A stretch of 64,000 bases of DNA from an uncultured Bacilli bacterium. Its GTDB lineage: Bacteria > Bacillota_I > Bacilli_A > RF39 > UBA660. A program made the translations under genes and the position numbers. This document shows positions 41,168 through 49,771 of the stretch, piece by piece. The DNA lies in assembly GCA_947626095.1 (NCBI GenBank), contig CANQQV010000003.1, positions 64,001 through 128,000 of the forward strand. The letters run 5' to 3'. The notes beneath the pieces were generated by a model. The model was not told the DNA's origin and did no database searches. It worked only from the letters and a program-made list of their open reading frames with translations. Numbering within the stretch: position 1 is the first letter of the stretch; the number at the start of each line of letters is the position of its first letter.

Positions 41168-41181
41168 TTAATGGTGATATT

Positions 41182-41343
41182 ATGAATAATTTTAATCAAA
41201 AAATTGAATGTTCCGTAACTGATTGTGTTCATTGTGTAAATGGTATGAGCTGTGCTTTAACAACAATTCAAATAAGTAAAGATATTCGCAACGAAAATAC
41301 AATGTATAACACCATTTGTCAAAGCTATGAAGAAGAAAAATAA
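41182..41343 (+). CDS. DUF1540 Cys-rich small protein
   Basis: IECSVTDCVHC...CALTTIQI...TICQSY; start 41182 after GGTG. Confidence 0.82.
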   Translation: MNNFNQKIECSVTDCVHCVNGMSCALTTIQISKDIRNENTMYNTICQSYEEEK

Positions 41344-41393
41344 ACTGTTTTATAACATTATTTAAAACAGTTGTGATATATTATTCCTAGAGG

Positions 41394-42782
41394 TTGAGTT
41401 ATATGGACTTATTAAAAGGATTAGTGAAAAAATATCAAAAATGGACAATTACTACAATTCTAATCTTATTACTTACTATAATCATTGGTATAATTATATT
41501 TCAATACAACAATAATCAAGAATTTAAATTAGAAATGGAAGTTATTAAAGAAACTAAAGACAATTATAATATTGAAATTAATTATCCTGTCCTCAATAAC
41601 AAAGGTTTCAACAAAAAAATAACTAACCTTATTACAACGGAAAAAAATAACTTTAAACAAAAAATAAAAGATATACCCAATACTAGCAATGAACTACGTA
41701 TCGATTACGACTATACTCTAAAAGATAATATATATTCTATTCATCTTTTAATATATTCCTATACTGGTCAAAATAATGAATATTATCATAATGATAAAAT
41801 ATTTTATATAAACAAAGCTACCAACCAAGAATTATCGCTTTCCGATTTAGTTAATAGTGATATTTATACAAATATTAAAGAGGATTGTAAAAACTACTTA
41901 ACTAATAAAAAAATCCCTTTATACGAAGATAACGTTATCGAACAAGCTTTAGACAATCTTGCAGATTTTGCTTTATTAGCCTTTAGCGAAGAAGAAATGT
42001 TTGTCATTATTCCCCCTTATAAAGTTAGTGACAACGAAATGGATATTAATATTAATATAAAATATAACAAAATCAAAGATGACTTAAATACCAAATATTT
42101 TACCTTTGCTAAAGATGAAGATTATCAAGTAAGTGGCCCAACTACTAATAACCAAGAGCGTAACTTAGATAACTTCAAAAATAAAAAGTTATTAGCTATA
42201 ACCTTTGATGATGGTCCAAATTATAAAGTAACTAAATATTTAATTGATGAATTGGAAAAAAGAAATGCTCGTGTTACCTTCTTTATGGTTGGTAATCGCA
42301 TAAATTCCCAAAAAGAATTAGTTAAAGAAATTTATGAAAAAGGTCATACAATTGGTTCTCATAGTTACGATCATAAATCATTAACTAAATTAAAAGAAAA
42401 TCAATTAAAACAAGAAATAGATACAACCAATGAAATAATTCAAAGTATTACAGGTGAAACAGTTAAATACTTAAGGCCACCGTATGGTAATTATAATAAA
42501 GACATACTAAACGAAATCGACATGACTTTTATTTTATGGAATGTCGATACTGAAGATTGGAAAAGTAAAGATAAAGATAAAGTATGTAATCACATCATTA
42601 CGCATGCTAATGATGGTAATATAATTTTACTCCATGATTTGTATCAAACTTCTGTCGATGGTGCCTTATGTGCAATCGACAAATTAAAAAATGAAGGTTA
42701 TGAATTCGTAACCATTGAAGAAATGGCTAAAATAAAAGGAATAGAACTTAAAAATCATACAGCCTATAGATATATAAAATAA
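41394..42782 (+). CDS. Peptidoglycan/polysaccharide deacetylase (PgdA/PdaC-like, CE4)
   Basis: TFDDGP, TFFM, HSYDH, RPPYG, DTEDW, ILLHD; N-terminal TM and DUF3298-like domain. Confidence 0.92.
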   Translation: MSYMDLLKGLVKKYQKWTITTILILLLTIIIGIIIFQYNNNQEFKLEMEVIKETKDNYNIEINYPVLNNKGFNKKITNLITTEKNNFKQKIKDIPNTSNELRIDYDYTLKDNIYSIHLLIYSYTGQNNEYYHNDKIFYINKATNQELSLSDLVNSDIYTNIKEDCKNYLTNKKIPLYEDNVIEQALDNLADFALLAFSEEEMFVIIPPYKVSDNEMDININIKYNKIKDDLNTKYFTFAKDEDYQVSGPTTNNQERNLDNFKNKKLLAITFDDGPNYKVTKYLIDELEKRNARVTFFMVGNRINSQKELVKEIYEKGHTIGSHSYDHKSLTKLKENQLKQEIDTTNEIIQSITGETVKYLRPPYGNYNKDILNEIDMTFILWNVDTEDWKSKDKDKVCNHIITHANDGNIILLHDLYQTSVDGALCAIDKLKNEGYEFVTIEEMAKIKGIELKNHTAYRYIK

Positions 42783-42804
42783 AAATCGCTTAAAGCGATT
42801 TTTT
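42781..42804. terminator. Bidirectional terminator
   Basis: AAAAATCGCT-TAA-AGCGATTTTT. Confidence 0.8.
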
Positions 42805-42809
42805 TATTA

Positions 42810-44021
42810 TTAACTTTTAATATATTGAATTCGATATCCAGAATAATCTTTCTTTCCACAATCTTTTCCAGAAGTCATAAAACGTGATGATGCTGTATCC
42901 ATTCTTTCAACCTTACCATCATAACTATCAATAATAAGTAAATCTTGTTCAGTTAAACTGGAAGCATTAGTCACGCTTGACTTAAAGCCAACAACTGTTA
43001 CAAAATGTCTTGAAGTACCCTGTTTATTACCATTAACTTGTAAAACAACAGGTCGGCCATTAGCAACTTCATTAAATACTTTTTCCAAAACATCTTCTTT
43101 ACTATCATTAACATACGTAGCAAAACTACAACCACCTGAATTATAGTTAGCTCCATCATCTGGAGAAGCTGCTGTGCTACCACGATACATCCCACAAGCA
43201 TGAACATAAGCAAAACCTAGACATTTATCACTATACTTCGTCTTATTACTAGCTTGAAAAACCCCTTTACTACCAATAGCATTTGCATAATCTAATACTC
43301 TAATTGGTGTATTAACAACAGTAAAATTTTCACCTAAAATATTAAGTTCTGTAGTTCCTCCACTATTTAATACAGGATCGTATGATGTATTTCCGGAACT
43401 TCCACTACCTCCATTACCATTCGGTCCATTAGCTGGACCAGTATCTCGTGGAAGCTCAATCGTCATACATATACCATTTTCATATCGTCCATTTTTTGCT
43501 TTACATTCAATAATTAAAGCATTTTCATTAGCTTTAATTGAAGAGTCTGAAATACGTTTAACAAAACTTATCATATCATCTTCACGAGCAATCCCCGCTA
43601 TTTTACTAACTGCATTCTCGGCTCTTTGAACTGTAGCAGTAGTTGGATTATTTTCCATATTTTCTAATGCTGTTATTGCTTCAGCTATTGAATCATAATA
43701 TTTAATATTGTTTTCCGTTGCATTTTCCATACATACCTTTAAATCTTCAAAAGATTCCCCAGTTAAAGAAAAAACATAACTGGCAATAGTTGGCATCAAA
43801 AAGATTACTAAACCAGCAATTAATTTTTTAACCGAAACTCCAAGTGCAGCCTTAAAATCTTCTTCTTTACCACTTATAACTATTTTTGCTAAATTAACAA
43901 TTACAGTAATTACAATAATAATTGGAACAACAATGAAAATTATTTTTAAAACATTACGAAAAAAATATAAAGCTCTTAAAAATGATCCCGACTGACACAA
44001 ATTACTTAGTTTCATTCCCAC
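42810..44021 (-). CDS. VirB2/TrbC-pilin-like N-terminus fused to a C39-like cysteine peptidase domain
   Basis: Cys-flanked 2-TM hairpin (IVVPII...KKLIAGLVIFLMP); KCLGFA, GRPVVL, RHFVTVVG, IIDS triad. Confidence 0.75.
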   Translation of the reverse strand: MGMKLSNLCQSGSFLRALYFFRNVLKIIFIVVPIIIVITVIVNLAKIVISGKEEDFKAALGVSVKKLIAGLVIFLMPTIASYVFSLTGESFEDLKVCMENATENNIKYYDSIAEAITALENMENNPTTATVQRAENAVSKIAGIAREDDMISFVKRISDSSIKANENALIIECKAKNGRYENGICMTIELPRDTGPANGPNGNGGSGSSGNTSYDPVLNSGGTTELNILGENFTVVNTPIRVLDYANAIGSKGVFQASNKTKYSDKCLGFAYVHACGMYRGSTAASPDDGANYNSGGCSFATYVNDSKEDVLEKVFNEVANGRPVVLQVNGNKQGTSRHFVTVVGFKSSVTNASSLTEQDLLIIDSYDGKVERMDTASSRFMTSGKDCGKKDYSGYRIQYIKS

Positions 44022-44030
44022 ACCTCTTTT

Positions 44031-46211
44031 TTATACCTGTAATGGATTATTATCAATTTCAATATTAACTTTCAAATTGCTTACATATATCCTATCTAAC
44101 TCTTTCAAAGTTTTAAATAAATTATCATCTTGTTTATATTTTATAATAATTTGAAAACGATATATATTATTAATTTTAAACACTGATGCCGTAGTAGGCC
44201 CCAATATTATACTAGTCTTATTTAATTTACTACTTAAATAATTTTTAATTTTATTTATCTCTTTTAAAGCTAATTCATAGTCTTTAGAGGAAGTCTTTAC
44301 ACTTGTTAAATAGTAATAAGGTGGATAATCAAGTTTATGACGATTTTCCATTTCATAATTATAAAATCTTTCATAATCATGACGTGCAACACACTTTAAA
44401 GTAAAATTATCTGGATTCATTGTTTGAATAATTACTTCTCCCGGTATATCACTTCGACCTGCTCTTCCTGCTACTTGTGATAACAAAGCATATGTTCTTT
44501 CTCCACTTCTAAAATCAGGAATATTTAATGTCGCATCAGCATTAACAATACCTACTAAAGTTACTAATGGAAAATTAAGTCCTTTTGAAATCATCTGTGT
44601 ACCAAGTAAGATATCATACTCATGATTTTTAAAACGATTAATTATATCTTCATGTGCTCCTTTATTTCTTGTGGTATCAGCATCCATTCTAATTGTTCTA
44701 GCACTAGGTATTAATCTATTTATCTCTTGTTCTAATTTCTCAGTTCCAACGCCATAATCCACTAAAGACTTATCATGACATTCTGGACATCTTTCTCCTT
44801 TAAAAATCGTATATCCACAATAATGACATCTTAAGTTATTGCTTGTCTTATGATAAGTTAAAGTAATATCACAATGTGGACATTTATAAGTATAACCACA
44901 AGTCTTACAAGTAATAACTGTTGAATACCCGCGACGATTAAGTAACAAAATTATTTGCTCTTTTTTTATTAATCGATCAACAATTTTATCTTTTAAAACT
45001 GAGGATAATATTACATTACGTTTCTTCATTTCCTCAATCATATTAACAATTAAGATTCTTGGTAATATTGCCTTACCAATTCTTTTTGGCATTGAAAGAT
45101 ACTTATATACTCCTTTTTTAGCCCTGGCCATTGATTCTAATGAAGGCGTTGCACTACCTAAAACTAATGGAATATGATGATAATGACTTCTAAATTTTGC
45201 CATATCTATTGCATGATAACGCGGACTAGTTTCTTGTTTATATGTCTCACTATGTTCTTCATCAATAATTATAATCCCAATATTTTTTAAAGGTGTAAAA
45301 ATTGCACTACGTGTTCCAATAACAATATGAACTTCACCTCTTAGTATTTTTAAATATTCATCATATTTTTCCCCATCAGATAAAGCACTATGAAATATCG
45401 CCACATCATTTCCAAAACGATTATAAAAATTATTAATGATTTGCGTCGTTAAAGATATTTCAGGTACTAACATAATCGCTGTCTGTCCACTTTTTACAAC
45501 CTTCTCAATTAGCTGCATATAAACTTCTGTCTTTCCACTACCTGTAACTCCATGCAAAAGATAAGTATCTTCCTTATTAAGGACAACACTTTCCAAAGCC
45601 TTCTGTTGATCCAAAGACAATTCTTTTTTTTCTTCAACTACTTTTTTATTATTTAAACGATATATTTGTTCTTTCGTTTCTTTAACTAATTTTTCTTCCT
45701 TTAAAGCCTTTACAATATTAGATGAAAAAGTATTCTTTAATATTCTTTTTTCTTTTAATAGTAATTCCAAAGCTTCATTTTGTTTTTTACGACTAGGATG
45801 ACTCACAATATATTCGTTAATTTCTAACTCATTTTTACTTAGTTCTAAATAAACTAAATATTTCGAATAATTATTTTTTTGTTTTTTGACCTTTAAAGAA
45901 CTAGGCAACATTGTTTGATAAGCCATAATTTTAGTACATAAAGTTTCTTCTTGTAAATAAGTCCCCAGTTTTAATAATTCATCATTTAAAACTAAATACT
46001 TATCTACTACATCCTTAATTTCTTTTAATTCATAATCTTCTTGATATTCATCTTTGATATTAGTTACAAAACCATTAATTATTTTATTCCCAAAAGGAAC
46101 TAATACTTTCATTCCTATTTGTAAATCGTCTTTTAAAGATTCAGGGATTAAATATGTAAATGTTTTATCAATTGACTTAGCACTATACTCAATTAAAACT
46201 TCAGCGTACAT
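44031..46211 (-). CDS. priA: Primosomal protein N'
   Basis: GVTGSGKTEVY, VPEISLT, DEEH, SATPSLES, four CxxC pairs, QVAGRAGR. Confidence 0.97.
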   Translation of the reverse strand: MYAEVLIEYSAKSIDKTFTYLIPESLKDDLQIGMKVLVPFGNKIINGFVTNIKDEYQEDYELKEIKDVVDKYLVLNDELLKLGTYLQEETLCTKIMAYQTMLPSSLKVKKQKNNYSKYLVYLELSKNELEINEYIVSHPSRKKQNEALELLLKEKRILKNTFSSNIVKALKEEKLVKETKEQIYRLNNKKVVEEKKELSLDQQKALESVVLNKEDTYLLHGVTGSGKTEVYMQLIEKVVKSGQTAIMLVPEISLTTQIINNFYNRFGNDVAIFHSALSDGEKYDEYLKILRGEVHIVIGTRSAIFTPLKNIGIIIIDEEHSETYKQETSPRYHAIDMAKFRSHYHHIPLVLGSATPSLESMARAKKGVYKYLSMPKRIGKAILPRILIVNMIEEMKKRNVILSSVLKDKIVDRLIKKEQIILLLNRRGYSTVITCKTCGYTYKCPHCDITLTYHKTSNNLRCHYCGYTIFKGERCPECHDKSLVDYGVGTEKLEQEINRLIPSARTIRMDADTTRNKGAHEDIINRFKNHEYDILLGTQMISKGLNFPLVTLVGIVNADATLNIPDFRSGERTYALLSQVAGRAGRSDIPGEVIIQTMNPDNFTLKCVARHDYERFYNYEMENRHKLDYPPYYYLTSVKTSSKDYELALKEINKIKNYLSSKLNKTSIILGPTTASVFKINNIYRFQIIIKYKQDDNLFKTLKELDRIYVSNLKVNIEIDNNPLQV

Positions 46212-46250
46212 TTAATCACCTTCATATAACGATTATACCATATATCCAAG

Positions 46251-46381
46251 AAAAAAAAGAGTTAAAACTCTTTTCTTCTTAAAGTGTGGCACTCAAACTG
46301 GTGCAGTATCACTTTCCCTTTTTCTTCTTTTTATTAGATATTAATCATCTAACCTTAGAGATAGCATACCTATTCTCTAAG
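46251..46381 (-). ncRNA. Candidate structured small RNA (three hairpins plus terminator)
   Basis: Stems 46354-46381, 46334-46352, 46281-46315; terminator 46251-46274 with U8; TATAAT upstream; no credible ORF. Confidence 0.5.
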
Positions 46382-46422
46382 ATTATTATAATACTTTACA
46401 TTATATTTTTGTAAATAAAAAA

Positions 46423-46454
46423 TAAACATTTACATACATATATGTAAATGTTTA
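46423..46454 (-). terminator. Terminator of the 46457-47347 gene
   Basis: TAAACATTTACATA/TATGTAAATGTTTA perfect 14-bp stem followed by U-rich sequence. Confidence 0.75.
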
Positions 46455-46456
46455 CA

Positions 46457-47347
46457 TTAAGAAATCCTTATTATTTTACCTGGACGATCATCCTTCATAA
46501 ACCATGTCATATTCTGCGGTCCACCTTTAGAATTACGCCATAAAGATTCATCACCACAATCATAAGAATAAACATTACCATCTTTAACTGCTGCCACAAT
46601 TGAAACATGACCATAACCTACTTTGCCATTTTTAGCGACATTAGTTCTCACAACAATATCCCCAGGTTTTACTTTGTTGGTAACATCTTCTCCAGCTGCT
46701 ACCGATATTTCAGTCCAACCATATTTTTTATGCCAATCAGTTTTCATAAAATCTCTTGTTCGATGCTGTCCTCCAGCAAAATCTTTATATCCCATTTCAT
46801 ACAAAACCCAACTAACATATGAACTACAATCTATTAAATTCCCTTTAATCGGAATTTGTTCAGTATTTTCTGCATTATAATGAAAGTCTCCATTAACTAC
46901 TTGATGCCATATTTTTTCAGCAACTGGTAAAACCTTAGTATTAGCCGAAGTATTATCATTATCTAAAACAGTATAATCTAATTCTGGAACTTTATATGTA
47001 ATACGATTTAAATCATTATTAGATTCATATAATAAATTTACTTCAGTATCACTTTCATCCCAACAAGCACTTAAATAGTATTCATCTGGTTTTAAGGCTG
47101 TAAATAAATAATTAAGAGCTACTGGCAGTAAAAAAACAACTAAAAGCCCAATTAAACTATTACGAAAGCGATATAACAACTTTTTTCTCGTTTCGTCATT
47201 AGGATTAATAATATATTTATATAAAGCCAAAGATAAAATAATAACAACTAATATTGGAATAATAATATGACATAATTGCATAAATATTTTAAATAATTTC
47301 ATTGTTATTAAAACTATTTTACTCGTACACACATTATCTTTAAACAT
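46457..47347 (-). CDS. VirB2/TrbC-pilin-like N-terminus fused to an NlpC/P60-type peptidoglycan amidase/peptidase
   Basis: Cys-flanked 2-TM hairpin (IIIPIL...NSLIGLLVVFLLP); IDCSSYVSWVL, KPGDIVV, GHVSIV, YDCG. Confidence 0.8.
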   Translation of the reverse strand: MFKDNVCTSKIVLITMKLFKIFMQLCHIIIPILVVIILSLALYKYIINPNDETRKKLLYRFRNSLIGLLVVFLLPVALNYLFTALKPDEYYLSACWDESDTEVNLLYESNNDLNRITYKVPELDYTVLDNDNTSANTKVLPVAEKIWHQVVNGDFHYNAENTEQIPIKGNLIDCSSYVSWVLYEMGYKDFAGGQHRTRDFMKTDWHKKYGWTEISVAAGEDVTNKVKPGDIVVRTNVAKNGKVGYGHVSIVAAVKDGNVYSYDCGDESLWRNSKGGPQNMTWFMKDDRPGKIIRIS

Positions 47348-47364
47348 CTATATCACTTCTTATA

Positions 47365-48222
47365 TTAATATCGACTTTTTATACATTTAGTAAATGTAAT
47401 ATTATTTTCCTTAATATTAACATTATTATTTATACCGCTACCTAATTCTATATCTGGTTTTATTAAAGGACCATGATAATCAGTTCCCCCAGTTTCTAAC
47501 AAATTAAACTCTTTAGCTAATTCTTTATAGAACGCTCTTTGTTCATCACTATCATTAGAATGTATCGTTTCAATTCCTTTTAAACCAATTGAAATCAAAT
47601 AAGCTACTTCATCATGTAATTCCTCATTACTTAATTTTAAAGACCAAGGATGTGCTAAAACAGCTACCCCACCAGCCAGATTAATCAAAGTTATTACTTC
47701 TTCTTTAGTTAAAGTTTTCTTCGTATCTCTAATACATTCATAAACATAATTTAAATACTTGGTAAAAGCCTCATCCATATCTTTTACATATCCATCTTTA
47801 ATAAGTAATTTCCCTAACTCAGGACGACCTATATTCCCCTTAGATGAAAACAAATTATCTATATCTTTCTTATCAAAAACAATCTTAAAATCTTTTTCAA
47901 GGATTTCTAAATATCTTCGCATTGAATCATGCGAAATTCTTCTTAATTCTAATAAAGTATTATTCAAGTTTTGATTATCCAAATCAATATTATACCCTAA
48001 AATATGCATCTGCCCTTTACTAACTTTTGCATTCATTTCCACCCCACTATAAATAGTAATACCAGGATGTGGCAAAGCAACTAATATTTTAGATCCTTCA
48101 ATAAAATCATGGTCAGTAAGAGCAATATACTTTAATTTTTTCTTTAAAGCCATATCTAATAATTCTTGAGGAGTATTACTACCATCTGAATAAATACTAT
48201 GCATATGTAAATCGATATCCAT
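47365..48222 (-). CDS. PHP-domain phosphoesterase (TrpH/YciV-like)
   Basis: DLHMHS..SDG, TDHD, GVE, HILG, AHP, GTDYHG. Confidence 0.92.
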   Translation of the reverse strand: MDIDLHMHSIYSDGSNTPQELLDMALKKKLKYIALTDHDFIEGSKILVALPHPGITIYSGVEMNAKVSKGQMHILGYNIDLDNQNLNNTLLELRRISHDSMRRYLEILEKDFKIVFDKKDIDNLFSSKGNIGRPELGKLLIKDGYVKDMDEAFTKYLNYVYECIRDTKKTLTKEEVITLINLAGGVAVLAHPWSLKLSNEELHDEVAYLISIGLKGIETIHSNDSDEQRAFYKELAKEFNLLETGGTDYHGPLIKPDIELGSGINNNVNIKENNITFTKCIKSRY

Positions 48223-48244
48223 ATAACCTCCTCTTTTCTATATA

Positions 48245-48652
48245 TTATTTACGATTACGATATGTTCCCCACCACTTAGGAATAATATCCATCATTTTAA
48301 GAACCTTATCTTTTTCTAAACTTTCTAAAACTTCAATATCTCCATAATTAGGATTTAATTCGAGCAAATATTCCAACGAACTTTCCGAAGGCATTATTAT
48401 TTCTTCCAATTCATTTAAAACAACAATTTTATCAATAACATATTCATGATCATTAAACATATTAATAATTGCACTTTTTTCTGCACTACAACTTATTATT
48501 GAATTAGAAGTAATACTACTTCCACTATATATTTTATTATTATGTCCCAAAATCGCACAAGATGTATTACCTGTCATTATATAATCAGATACTTCTTTAG
48601 AAACTAAATTCTTTTTAGCCGCTTCATAAAGGCTACCCCAAATACGTTCCAT
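48245..48652 (-). CDS. Cytidine deaminase-fold protein with Zn ligands lost
   Basis: LYEAAK, KIYSG, SAEKSAI (CAE expected), PSESS (PCGAC expected), IPKWW. Confidence 0.75.
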   Translation of the reverse strand: MERIWGSLYEAAKKNLVSKEVSDYIMTGNTSCAILGHNNKIYSGSSITSNSIISCSAEKSAIINMFNDHEYVIDKIVVLNELEEIIMPSESSLEYLLELNPNYGDIEVLESLEKDKVLKMMDIIPKWWGTYRNRK

Positions 48653-48712
48653 ATCACACCTTCTTACTTAATGTATTATGATAACATACGAATGATTATT
48701 TTACAAACCAGA

Positions 48713-49684
48713 TTATAAACTCCTGCTATATTCATTAGTTATATAAGCTTCCGTCATTTTTCCATTTTCATCAGTACTAAACATCACAAAAGAAATCGCA
48801 AAGCTCGTAATTTTTTTATAATCACTTTTAGGAATTGTCAACGAAACTATTTTCTCAGCACCATGATAAATTTCTTCTTTTAAGCTCTTATAATCATATA
48901 TTTTACCATTAATCATTAACTTCTTAATGGCAATGATTTGACTCTTACCTAAACTAGTATTCTTAAAATCAAAATATAAGTAAGAATTATCTTTATCTTC
49001 TAATAATTTATAATAGCTTATCTTAGTATTATTTTTATTATCTATTTCAATTAATCCTTTACGTGAATTATCTACATCAATTTTATTAGACGCATTCATT
49101 TCAAAAAGTTTAACTTCACTTTTCCCCTCACTGTCCAAAACTTTAAAATAAAGCGCTATTCTTCCAAACGTAACAATATCTAATGCATCTAATTCCACTT
49201 GATTAATACGAATTGTTTGTGTAATACTCTCTAAAGGATTTAAACTTTTTGTAAAAGTTGTTGTTGTATCATATCCATCAACCAACACTTTTTCCAAAAT
49301 AACTGTACGTGGATTATTAGTTGTTGAAAAAGTAATATCAGCATCAAAACCTAAATTAGATTTATGAAAATCAGAAAATTCTATCATATAATCAGCTGCC
49401 GTATAAAACTGCTGATCATTAAATACTGGAGCATCAAGTTTATTTTTTATTTTCGTTTCCTCTTTTTCTTCTTCTTTCTTTTTCTTATTCTCTATCTTTT
49501 CCTCGGTTTGCCAAGGCAAATTGAATTCAAAACTAATTCCATTACGTGAAAAATAAAAGACACTACCACCAATTAAAGCAAGCATAATGATTAAAATAAT
49601 TATAATTCCCTTTTTATTAGTAGCTCTTTTTTCCATCTGTAAAAAGCCTTCATCATATTCTTGATAATTATATCTATTTTTCAC
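48713..49684 (-). CDS. Hypothetical TM-anchored extracellular protein, probably two similar beta-rich domains
   Basis: TM, then ILEKVLVDG and IAIKKLMING repeated pattern. Confidence 0.7.
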   Translation of the reverse strand: MKNRYNYQEYDEGFLQMEKRATNKKGIIIILIIMLALIGGSVFYFSRNGISFEFNLPWQTEEKIENKKKKEEEKEETKIKNKLDAPVFNDQQFYTAADYMIEFSDFHKSNLGFDADITFSTTNNPRTVILEKVLVDGYDTTTTFTKSLNPLESITQTIRINQVELDALDIVTFGRIALYFKVLDSEGKSEVKLFEMNASNKIDVDNSRKGLIEIDNKNNTKISYYKLLEDKDNSYLYFDFKNTSLGKSQIIAIKKLMINGKIYDYKSLKEEIYHGAEKIVSLTIPKSDYKKITSFAISFVMFSTDENGKMTEAYITNEYSRSL

Positions 49685-49771
49685 AGTATCACACCCTACT
49701 ATAAATATATTATATCACAAGCTTTAACAACTTATGGTACTTATTTAAAAAAGTAAGTTTTAAACTTACTT

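Noticed and set aside
46281-46315. AAAGUG...GCAC...GUGC superficially resembles the 3' end of a Cas9 tracrRNA
   Set aside because: No cas genes, CRISPR repeats or anti-repeat in the window; the similarity is too short.
46393-46417. ACTTTACATTATATTTTTGTAAATA resembles a dif/Xer site
   Set aside because: Too short for the 11-6-11 dif geometry, and gene-strand bias does not switch across it.
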